The notes beneath the pieces are model-generated. The model saw only the letters and a program-made list of their open reading frames with translations. It did no database searches and was not told where the DNA came from. 51,960 nt of DNA, taken from positions 1 through 51,960 of the forward strand of contig NGBS01001203.1 in NCBI GenBank assembly GCA_002245135.1, read 5' to 3'. The DNA comes from Proteromonas lacertae (taxonomy: Eukaryota). The translations under genes were made by a program, and so were the position numbers. Below are positions 30,301-39,910 of the stretch, one piece after another; the first letter of the stretch is position 1, and every line of letters starts with the position of its first letter.

Positions 30301-32798
30301 AGGAGTTAATTTGCATTTACTTAAGAATGATGGATTTCCAGAATTAGAGAGCAAAAGATTAGGTAATATGAAAAACATAACGAATTTAGTATTAGCCTCA
30401 ACTGATAAAACTAATACACCATTGAGAATAATGAAATATGCAAATAATTCAAATATATTCAGACTTGATATTTCATTATACAAACAACATAATGGAAATA
30501 GAAGAAAATATAACAATAATAAAAATAGAAGAAAGTTGCAATATTAATGATGATGATTATAAGATAATCGAATTATTTGAAATAAAAGAATGTGGAATAT
30601 TTGGTGATTTAATAAATGTGAGAATGCAAAACATATACATAAGAATCTATGATACATTAGAAATCAAATGTAATGGAACATATGGTATTTTAGCCAATAC
30701 AATAGTTAATTCAACATTAAAGAATATAAAAATCGAATTTTTCAATTCCAATACAAGACATATGTATGTATATAGTAATTATGGTGATAAGTTTGGAATA
30801 TTGTGTGGAAATGCAATTAATTCATCATTTATAAATGTTCGAATAATTGGTGATTCTTTAACAATAAAACCACAATCAAATGATAAAGATGTAAAAGAAG
30901 ATATGATAACATCTACAATGATAGGAGAATGTGATAACTGTTCAATAGAATTTTCGTTTGTAGAATTATTATCATTAAGAATAGTAAATGAAATTGAAGA
31001 TGATACTACAAGAATAATATTTGGTGGTATATTTGGTTTAGTAAATAATGGATATAATTCAATGAATGTCACATTTGCATTAGTAAGAAAGTCATTATTA
31101 ATAACATCATCTGAAAATAAAGGAATGATAATAATATTCGGTGGATTAGTTGGTTTGATAAAAAATGAAACAAAAGTTGATATTTATTCATGTTGGTATA
31201 AGATGGTTTCAAGTGGAATAAGCAGTAATAGTAAAGAGATGAGATTTGGTGGATTGATTGGTTATTATGAAGATATTAAGAATAATAAGAATAACCTGAA
31301 AATAGAATATTCCTATGTTAGATTTATTATCTCCTACAGATATATAAGTGATATTTATATTGGATTATTCTTTGGATTTGAAAATGAGAATACAACAAAT
31401 CCAGAACTAATGGAATCATTAATCAATAAAAATAATTATGGTTATTCTTCTTATCCATTCATATGTAATTCTGATTCATATTATATAGAACCATTTGCTA
31501 AACCTCCATCTGGAAGATTATTAAATGAAAAAGATCCAGGCGAACCAAATCAATGGCCTTCATTCTGTACAAATAACAGTACATTTTATGGTGATGGTAT
31601 TTATCATTCCTGTTGTTATAGAAATGCATGTAATGAAAAATTAAAATCCTTCAATTACATTTATAGTACAATAGCTGAATTCTATACAAATTATGCTCCA
31701 GCTGAAACACCAGAAGGGCTTCATGATAAATCAACCTTATTTTTGGAAAGAAGAATGTTTTTAACACCATATTCAAGATTATCAAAAAGAAAAGTAGTAA
31801 CAAAGAATTATAAACATTCGAAAGCCTATTTATCAATGAATACAAATGCCGATTGTCCATTCAATTGTAGAGGAAATGGTAAATGTTTGAATGGAAAATG
31901 TGCTTGTTATCGTGGTTATGATGGTGGTGATTGTAGTTTAAGAACATGTCCATATGGAAAAGTGAATGGATTGAATGTTTATATGGAATGTTCTAATCAA
32001 GGAAAATGTAATAGAAACAGTGGAATGTGTGAATGTAATGCTGGATTTGAAGGAAGAGATTGTTCTAGAATGAGTTGTCCAAATCAATGTAGTAATCATG
32101 GAGTATGTCATGAAGTAAAAGATGTAGAATTAGTGGATGGAAGAATAATTCCCAAATTTAGTCGAGATTATAAGAAACTAGATGGACAATTAGTTCAAAT
32201 TTGTATATGTGATGATGAATATGAAGGATATGATTGTAGTTTAAGAAAATGTCCAAGAGGATATTATGAAAGAAGTGATGATTGTGAATCATTCTCTCAA
32301 GATAAACAAACAATAATATTTAACATTACTTCAAATACCCCAAATCTTGGTGAAGGTTTGAAAGTGTTTTTGAGATATACAGATCCATTTGGAATGAAAT
32401 GGTATACAAATGAAATAAGATACAATGTATTGGATGATTGGAAGAAAGAACTATATACATTGCCAAGTGGAATAATTAGTTTAGAAGATATAATGTTGGA
32501 TGAAGATTATGAAAGAACCAAAATAGAGATAGTATATTCAAAACATCAAACAGGAAGACAAATTCCAATTGAAATAATAGGTAAAAAAGAGATAAAGAAA
32601 CATAGAGAAGTATATAATGTAGATAAGATAACAGAATTATTAAATACAGAAATAGTGAAAGTTGAATCAATAATGGATAATACATTACCAGCTACAACAT
32701 GTAGTGACAATGGTATTTGTAATAGTAAGAGTGGATTATGTGAATGTTTTGATGGTTTTGAAGGAAATGCTTGTGATAGAACATTAAATGATTTTTAA
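391..32798 (+). CDS. Giant multidomain secreted/surface protein (galactose-binding-like, F5/8C-like, PA14, He_PIG Ig-like, HRM-like, GLUG-like, C-terminal EGF/mastigoneme-like); composite of about a dozen overlapping + strand ORFs joined across single-base frameshifts
   Basis: ATG 391 (or 379) plus a 28-nt intron at 413-440 gives the signal peptide MKLLLILSLCFANILA in frame with ORF 461..11095. Later + ORFs overlap or nearly abut through 32798, and aligning the repeat copies shows 1-nt indels at those breaks. Recurrent motifs: 'YxDGIxIYxNGxEIYRRNMP...GxNxIxVEIHK', 'LPEGLxxNxxxGxISG' (He_PIG), 'ARMRGY..F...SDD..GGG' (PA14), 'CxxxxxWPxT..C..RKC..W..C' (HRM-like), 'FGGLVG' (GLUG-like). Confidence 0.7.
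413..440 (+). other. 28-nt spliceosomal intron inside the signal peptide of the giant gene
   Basis: GTATATCTAATATCAAAATATCTTTTAG; removing it joins ATG 391 in frame to the 3544-aa ORF, which otherwise starts at a TTG. Confidence 0.8.
10589..23480 (+). repeat. Intragenic tandem duplication, unit about 5.9 kb, about 2.2 copies
   Basis: Anchor AAAGACGCTTGGAA(G/A)TTTAGTGAATTTG at 10589, 16507 and 22415 (periods 5918 and 5908). Near-identical translations (13271..14380 vs part of 17118..21914). The third copy diverges after about 23480. Confidence 0.95.
27209..28890 (+). repeat. Intragenic tandem duplication, 843-bp unit (281 aa, three Ig-like domains), two copies
   Basis: CCACCAACAGTTTTAGAATAT at 27209 and 28052; the peptide 'DIKFRLESKETDIFDKY...LESYGLKFNK' occurs twice identically. 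Confidence 0.95.
31854..32798 (+). other. Sig1/Ocm/Mas (tubular mastigoneme protein)-like EGF module
   Basis: CPFNCRGNGKC..GGDCSLRTCP..MECSNQGKCNRNSGMCECNAGFEGRDCSRMSCPNQCSNHGVC..CICD..GYDCSLRKCPRG, then a non-Cys insert with LRYTDPFGMKWYTNEI and a final CSDNGICNSKSGLCECFDGFEGNAC. This matches the architecture of stramenopile mastigoneme proteins. Confidence 0.7.
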
Positions 32799-32886
32799 AT
32801 TATTATTATTATTATATGAATTACTAAATAAAAATAAAAATATTGTTGGATTAATGAATAATAAAACAACAAAATAAAGAATTAAT

Positions 32887-33907
32887 TTATATTTTTATAC
32901 CAAATAAATTCTCTTTCACATGATACTTCTTCTTTAACTTATCCAAAATTTGATTTGCCATATTTGGTCGAAATTCTTTCAATACTCCTATCAATATATT
33001 TATTTGCCAAACTATATGATGAGTATTAGTCTCTCCATTCAAGCAAAACCAATCTAAAGTACCTAGATTCTTTACTCCAATTGGTTTATATCTTAATACT
33101 CGATCTCTTAATTCATCTCGATAATCAACTAATAACATTTGATGTGCTTTTAGCCAATTACTTGTATCTATATCACTTACTTGTTTTATTGTTGTATATC
33201 TTCCCAATAAGTGAAAATGAGATCCTACATACATATCCCATATATAAATAGGTAATGTTGTGGTAGGAGATTCATAATTATTCACTGTATATATATCATC
33301 TGATTCATTTTCTATCATTACATCTATTGTATTGCTATCTATATGATAGGTTAATTCAATATTTCTTGTTATTGGTTTGGTTACAACAGATACTTCTTCC
33401 CATGAAGAGTGAAATTTCAATTCTTTTATTTCACATAATTTCTTTCTTTTCATTGTTTTGGATTTTTTAGAAGATTTTGTTTCTGAATAACCTTCAGATT
33501 GTTCTTCATTATAATTATCTTCTTCGGAATCTTTTATGTTTCTAATTATTATATAACAGTAATAATTATATACAGCAAATCTTCATCATCATCTTGTTCT
33601 AAATCGATTAAAGTTGGTTGATCTTCTTTATTCTCATTCTCAATTTGATTATTACCTTGTGGGGTATTTGGTTCAAATATTATATCTTCATCCTCTTCTT
33701 CTCTTTCTAAAGCATTTTCGTTCTGACGTTTTTTATTCTATGTTATAAATTTAGATTATTAAATACCTCTTCTTGTTCTTGCAAATAATTATCATAATTG
33801 TCCTACAAACTATAAAACTAAAAGTAATTTACTTCTATATCATCATTATTCCCTTCTTCATATCTATTCTCTCTATTTAAATAGAATGATAAAAATCAAT
33901 ACGACAT
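32887..33907 (-). CDS. Acidic N-terminus plus DM10-like domain protein, 5 exons, about 299 aa
   Basis: GT-AG introns at 33873-33902, 33803-33832, 33738-33766 and 33542-33573 give an open frame from ATG 33907. 'RNIELTYHIDSNTIDV...IWDMYVGSHFHLLGRYTTIKQVSDIDTSNWL' resembles the DM10 domain of NME7/EFHC1. Confidence 0.7.
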
Positions 33908-33995
33908 ATCTTGATTATTTGTGAAAATCAGAAAAAAATAAAACAGAAAGCTTGTAAGTTATCAAGCTTAGTTGAATTGACAATTACATTGACAA

Positions 33996-36057
33996 ATGAC
34001 AACAACATCAGAATCTATTATCAAAAGAATAATAGAAAATATTCAAAGTGGTAAATATTGTGAAAGTGATGTAAATGATTTAACAAATACTATACTTAGA
34101 AATCAAATATGTAATTCTTTATATGAACAATTAATCCAACCCAAAGTAGTAAGAAATGAAGATGAAGAAGTGAATTTAATCTCAATAATAGAAGCTAGTT
34201 TGAACTATTACAGTTTAATCACTCAATATGTAAGTTCACCATTTAAGAAGAGTGGTTTTATAGAGAGTTGGGAAAATAGAATATTGTTATATATATCAGA
34301 AAAACCAACTCGATTGATGATGAATTTTAGTGAAATACTTGATACTGCTATTAGTGATAATGACAAATTTATAGAAAAATTATTAGACAATATACTTAAG
34401 AATGAACCAGACAGTTCCGATTACAGTAGTGATTTGATAAATTCTTTTGATTCTCATTTTCAGTTATATATAAAAGCATTCAACTCTTTGATAGTAAGCT
34501 GTTGTAACAACAGAAGTGAACTGTTTAAATTGTTAAATTTAGAATTACGAATATTCAGATATGTTACTCATTATAATCCGAAATGTGAAGATATTCGAGA
34601 GTTTATATCCAATCATATAAATTTAATGAATTCTTTATCAGAACAACAATATCAAATAGATAAAACAGCAAAAGTACCCATACAAGGAAATAATACAAGT
34701 ATTAGTACAAATTATCAAGTTTATCAAGTTATATTGTCAGTTTTAGTTATTTTATTACCATTAGTACCAGATATGTTAGAAGATCACACTGATAGTATAT
34801 TAGATGGAATAATTAATATATGTAATCTATACAATCCAGTAGATAGCTATGATATATGTTGTATTTGTCGTTATATTGTATTGACATTATATGCAATAAG
34901 TCCTATCAAAATCCATGAATATTTAATGAATAATAATTTGTCCAATAAGCTTAGTTTTATTTTATTTGGAAATGTTTCATTCAATTACCAGCAATTTGAT
35001 TTTTCATTTAGTAATACCGTAAAGTCCCTTACCAATAATTCAAATTCAATATCATTGAATGAATTACGTCATTTTATATTCGAATTATCATTAACACCAT
35101 TAAAATTGCAATTAAATAGTATTTATGAAACAAACAATGTCGATAAGAATTATACAAAATGTATTAACACTTTTAATAAATATATTAAATCATTTCCATT
35201 AATTGAAGAATATACTAATAAAGATATCCTTCCAGATGATTTACTTTCAATTGCTCCTCCTGTTTTTAACTTTTGTAATTATATTGGTGATTATGATAAA
35301 AAGAATAGAAATGAAAATGAAAAACATTACTATGAAGAACTGTTTAATGAAATTCAAAGTGAACATAAAGAATATGTTGAAATATTAACAAAGAAATCTA
35401 TTGAAATTGATGTATATTTATATATATATATATATTTAATATTATTACTATTATTAGAATGAAGCTAAAAAGTCTAGAGAATCATGTAAATATAACCAAA
35501 ATTTCAATGAAAATGATGAATATGCTGTATAATGTTATATTATTTTTATTTTCTATTATTAATAGAAAAAGATTCAACATTATCAAGAGCAAATTGCATT
35601 ATTAAATAGTAAACTATCAGAGTATGAAGAGATTAATGTTGATAAATTGAAAGATGAGAATAAATGTTATAAAGAAGCACTTACACAATGGGAAGTTTAT
35701 AATAAGAATTATATTGAAGATTCAATTGATTCGCTTTATAATAAAGCCAACAGTGATATTGAAAAATTAGAATTAAGAATATCTGAATTGGAAAAACAAA
35801 ATGAAATACTTAGTGGAACAATAACTGAAATGAAAAAATATCCAAATAAAGATGGAGAGAAAGATAATAATCAGGAGATTCTTTCATTACAAGACCAATA
35901 TTCAAAATTACAGTTTACTTTAGATGAAACAATCGAACAGTATGAATCTCATCTGGATGAAATGAGAAAAGAATTGGAATTGAAAGATGTATGTAATTGT
36001 TATTAATATATTTAATAGAAAGAATTAACTCAGTTGGGAAGTAAATATGGATGTTAA
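33996..36057 (+). CDS. Hamartin (TSC1)-like protein, 4 exons, about 648 aa
   Basis: Phase-0 introns at 35412-35457, 35527-35565 and 35989-36018 join ORFs 33996 and 35647, ending KELTQLGSKYGC*. 'VLVILLPLVP..H..D' and 'LYAISP..EYL' resemble TSC1 'VLITMLPMIP..H' and 'LYGMYP..SFL'. C-terminal coiled coil. Confidence 0.6.
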
Positions 36058-36179
36058 TAGGAGTAATTGTTTTAATTTTGATTATTAAAAGTAATTAAAT
36101 GGGTTTTATATTTCTATTGTTGTTTTCATCACTTTTTAATATAAATTACAATAGAAAATGACTAAATTTATAGGTTAAT

Positions 36180-36800
36180 CTACCACGATTCTCTAATTTT
36201 TACTCCATTCACAATATTTCTATCTTCAATATGACATTCACATTCTAAACTACCAATATTCAATATAACCACTTTATAATCCTCTTTATTAACTAAATCA
36301 ACAGTATCTTCTAAAGATTTCACTTTCTCTATAGAAACAGCCTTTTGTGAGGTTTTAATTACATCAGGAACAAGTTTATTGTATAAAAATTGCTATTATT
36401 GATTATAATAATAAAAATATAAAATATATTATATACATTTTCTCTATAAGAATTAATCAAGTATTTATCTAATGAAACTATATCAAATAAATCATCGTAG
36501 GAACAATTTCTATTATAATGTTTCTTTAGAATAAGTGATTTACTACAACTAAACTTTGGAAATATGAATATTCTATTTGTTTTCATAGCTAAAGCAAATC
36601 CAAACATTACTACTTTTCTATCGTAATTAATATCTGACGAATTGTTATTGAAATTGATTTTTATATATTTATTAGTTGTTGAACTATAATAATTATCATC
36701 ATCAACATTAAACATTAACAAATCTTTTTGTTTTAAGATTTTACCAGCAAAGAATGTGGTTATGCAATTGAAATGAACCATTATAACATCATTATTCTCT

Positions 36801-36844
<44 letters not shown>

Positions 36845-37698
36845 TATCAATTTCATCATAATATAAATTACATTTTTCTCCAAAAAACTCACATCCGGAT
36901 GGAAATTGATTTAATGGTAATTCTTTCAATGTTATTTCCTTTTTAAATTTCTTTAATTCCTCTTGTATATAAGACTGCTCAAACAAGTTACTGTTTTTCT
37001 GTTGTTTTGCTTTAGTAATTAAATGATTGTAAAACTTTATAGTTCCTTTATTGCTTTTTATTAAACTACAATATAAAAATATATTAAAGTTATTAATACT
37101 AGAATCCTACATTAATAACTCCTGGTCTATCAATTGAAGTTACAATATCTTCTTTATACTCAAATAAAAAAGGAATTGGATTTTTATAAAAATATATATC
37201 TAAATCTGCTACTAAAACTGATAATCCTAATGCTAATATTCTGTAAATCATTTCTAATCTGGATAGAGTGATTTTTAAAAAGTCTTTATTGAGAAATGTG
37301 ATTTCTTTTGTTTGATTTATTATTACATTACCCATTAACACGTATTTAGTAAAAGATTTACAATAATTAAAGGTGACATAATCACTTGCTACAAAAACTA
37401 TATTAGTGAGGTGATTTGGAATAGAAGATGATAACCAGAAGTTTTTAATTTGGATCATATACTTTTTAGAAACAGCTGATAAAACTACAACATTTTTATA
37501 TGCAGCTTCTTTTAGAAGACCTTCTGCACAAGGATTGTAAATATTATCACATCTTTTACTCTCTTCATTTAAATTAATAAAATGATATGACTCATAGATT
37601 GTAAAACAGGCAATTATTATCAACACAAGCAGAAATAGAATGTTTTTCATTGCAAAAATACTATTCGTTTCTATTTTTTGAAGTTTTGACTTTTTCAT
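36180..37698 (-). CDS. Nucleotide-diphospho-sugar transferase (GT77-like), type II membrane, 4 exons, about 464 aa
   Basis: N-terminal TM helix, 'LGLSVLVADLDIYFYKNP' (DxD), spliced 'NVGFYLIKSN..T..F', 'EQ', 'FPSG', 'VHFN'. Introns at 37066-37099, 36799-36844 and 36393-36436 keep the frame. Confidence 0.85.
36807..36843. repeat. (TA)n microsatellite inside an intron; shorter (TA)n runs at about 35419-35435 (also intronic) and 44364-44383
   Basis: Direct reading of TA runs. Confidence 0.9.
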
Positions 37699-38408
37699 AT
37701 TTCTTTCATCATTTCATATAATAAATGTATAATAAGTAGTTTAATTATTATATATATCATACCCTTTTCACTATATTTTTACATAATTAACATTAACAAA
37801 ACACTATTACATTTTCTTATATTTGCCAATGAGTATGTTAATTAATACTACGTTCTCCCATATTCATTAACCATTAAAGGCAATTTTCATTAATAATCAC
37901 TTTATCTTCCTTTCACAAACTAAATATACAGCATTAAATCATAATTCTATCATTAACTGCATTATATTATAGTTTTCTTACTTTAATGCAACTATCTAAG
38001 GTTAAGATTCTCTACAGTTTAGTAATATATTATCATCTACACCATATTATTTACTACAGAAGTGTAAAAATATATTTATAATGTCATTATAACCACATTA
38101 TAATGAAGCAAGTTTTACATTTATTATCAAAAATATATTCGTTTCATAATTTAAAAAAGTACAAAAATAGTCATAATTTCTTTCACATAATCATACCTTA
38201 ATTTTTTGAAAAAAATGTTAACATGAATATATTTTTAATAAAATAGATCTAAAGAATTTATCAAAAGATTTAGAAATACTTCATATGTTTGAAGTATATT
38301 AGCTTTATTTAACTGTTGAATTAAAAATTAATAATTCACAACATACAATGAGAAAAACAAATAGAATTAAAAAGAAAAGGTTTGGCTTGAATAATTACAT
38401 TTTTAATA

Positions 38409-39389
38409 ATGAGTAAATTAGAAGATTTTGAAGAATCAGTAAAGTTTGTGAAATCAAAAATCGGTGATTTAAAACCTGAAATTGGTATAGTTGCAGGAAG
38501 TGGATTAAAGGACTTAGGTAAACTAGTTCAGAATCCAATCACTATCCCTTACCATGATATTCCAAACTTCTTAGAAAGTGGTGCTCCTGGACATGGACAT
38601 GAGTTATTAATTGGAAAGTTGAGTGGCTGTGTAGTTATGATAATGACAGGTCGTTTTCACTGTTATGAAGGTTATGATATTAGTAAAACTACTTGTGGGA
38701 TTCGTTTGATGCAATTGATAGGTGTAAAATTATTAATTACAACTAATGCAGCTGGAGGTATAAATAGTAAATATAGAGTTGGTGATATAATGGTATTTGA
38801 AGACCATATCAATATGTTAGGATTTGGAGGTAATAATCCATTGGTAGGTAAAAATGACGAAAGATTAGGTTGTAGATTCCCATCAGTAACAAACATTTAT
38901 GATAATGATAAAATCGATTTAATATTTGATATATGTGAAGAGCTAAAATACTCAAATATAATTCATCGAGGAGTATATTGTTGTTTATGTGGTCCAAATT
39001 TCGAAACTCGAGCTGAATGTGAAATGTTAAGACGTTTAGGAATTGATGCAGTAGGAATGTCAACTGTACCTGAAATATTAGTAGCAGTTCATGGAGGAAT
39101 GAAAGTAATTGCATTATCTTTGATAACTGATGAATCTGTTTTACCAGGTGAAATAAAAGAAGAACCTGATGAACAGAAAGTGATAGAAGTAGGTATAAGA
39201 AGCTCTAAGATAATGAATGAAATAATGACAAAATTAGTAGAAAGAATTCATAATAACGATTATAAACTACGTCATGCAATTAAAAGGGAGGAAAAAAGTA
39301 GTAGTAACAATAACAATAACGTTATGATGATAGTAGGATTAGTAGCTATAGTATTCTTAGCTGTATTAGTAAAGTATTTTAAATTTTAA
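38409..39389 (+). CDS. PNP: Purine nucleoside phosphorylase (trimeric PNP/MTAP family) with C-terminal transmembrane tail
   Basis: GIVAGSGL, GRFHCYEG, TNAAGG, DHIN, GPNFET, DAVGMSTVPE and SLITD motifs; ends VMMIVGLVAIVFLAVLVKYFKF. Intronless. Confidence 0.95.
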   Translation: MSKLEDFEESVKFVKSKIGDLKPEIGIVAGSGLKDLGKLVQNPITIPYHDIPNFLESGAPGHGHELLIGKLSGCVVMIMTGRFHCYEGYDISKTTCGIRLMQLIGVKLLITTNAAGGINSKYRVGDIMVFEDHINMLGFGGNNPLVGKNDERLGCRFPSVTNIYDNDKIDLIFDICEELKYSNIIHRGVYCCLCGPNFETRAECEMLRRLGIDAVGMSTVPEILVAVHGGMKVIALSLITDESVLPGEIKEEPDEQKVIEVGIRSSKIMNEIMTKLVERIHNNDYKLRHAIKREEKSSSNNNNNVMMIVGLVAIVFLAVLVKYFKF

Positions 39390-39657
39390 TAATCATTATA
39401 TTAATTATATTTTATGTTATTTGTTATACAGAGACAAAATCAGTAATGATTAGAAGATATTAATATAACACAATAAAATCTATATGAATTAATAAAAAAA
39501 TACATAATAATGATGTTATTAATTGATATTAATCTATTTTATAGTGAATCTACACAATTTAATTTTCGATTGAGTTTGATTCTATTTGTTTGTGTTATTT
39601 TATTGTTTCTATATCTGCTCCACATCATAATAAAAAGAAAAAAGCGAAAAGAATAAA

Positions 39658-39775
39658 AAGAATCGTTACTATGACTTCGCACAGAGTCCCCCACTGTACT
39701 ACTATCATAGCTCGTACAATCTTAACTTCGCAGTTCTGATGGGATGAGGTGCTTTATTGTAGATATGAACGATTC
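39658..39775 (-). rRNA. 5S rRNA
   Basis: The minus strand reads GAATCGTTCATATC...ATCCCATCAGAACTGCGAAGTTAAG...TAGTAGTACAGTGGGGGAC...TAACGATTC, then an oligo-T Pol III terminator. About 118 nt with paired 5' and 3' ends. Confidence 0.93.
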
Positions 39776-39910
39776 TGATTATTCTTTCACTCTTTTTCTT
39801 ATATATCACTCTCTCTTTTGTAATTTCTTATAAACAATTAATATCATATTAATAATGTTATATTAAAAGAAAATATACTATATATCAATCTATTCATGTT
39901 ATTATATTAA

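Noticed and set aside
817..32685. Many 60-160 aa minus-strand ORFs within the giant gene
   Set aside because: Antisense shadows of an AT-rich coding strand; low-complexity L/I/F/H/Y composition, and they recur with the repeats.
32798..39389. Stop codons created by polyadenylation (known in Blastocystis)
   Set aside because: Every host gene modelled here ends in a genome-encoded TAA or TAG.
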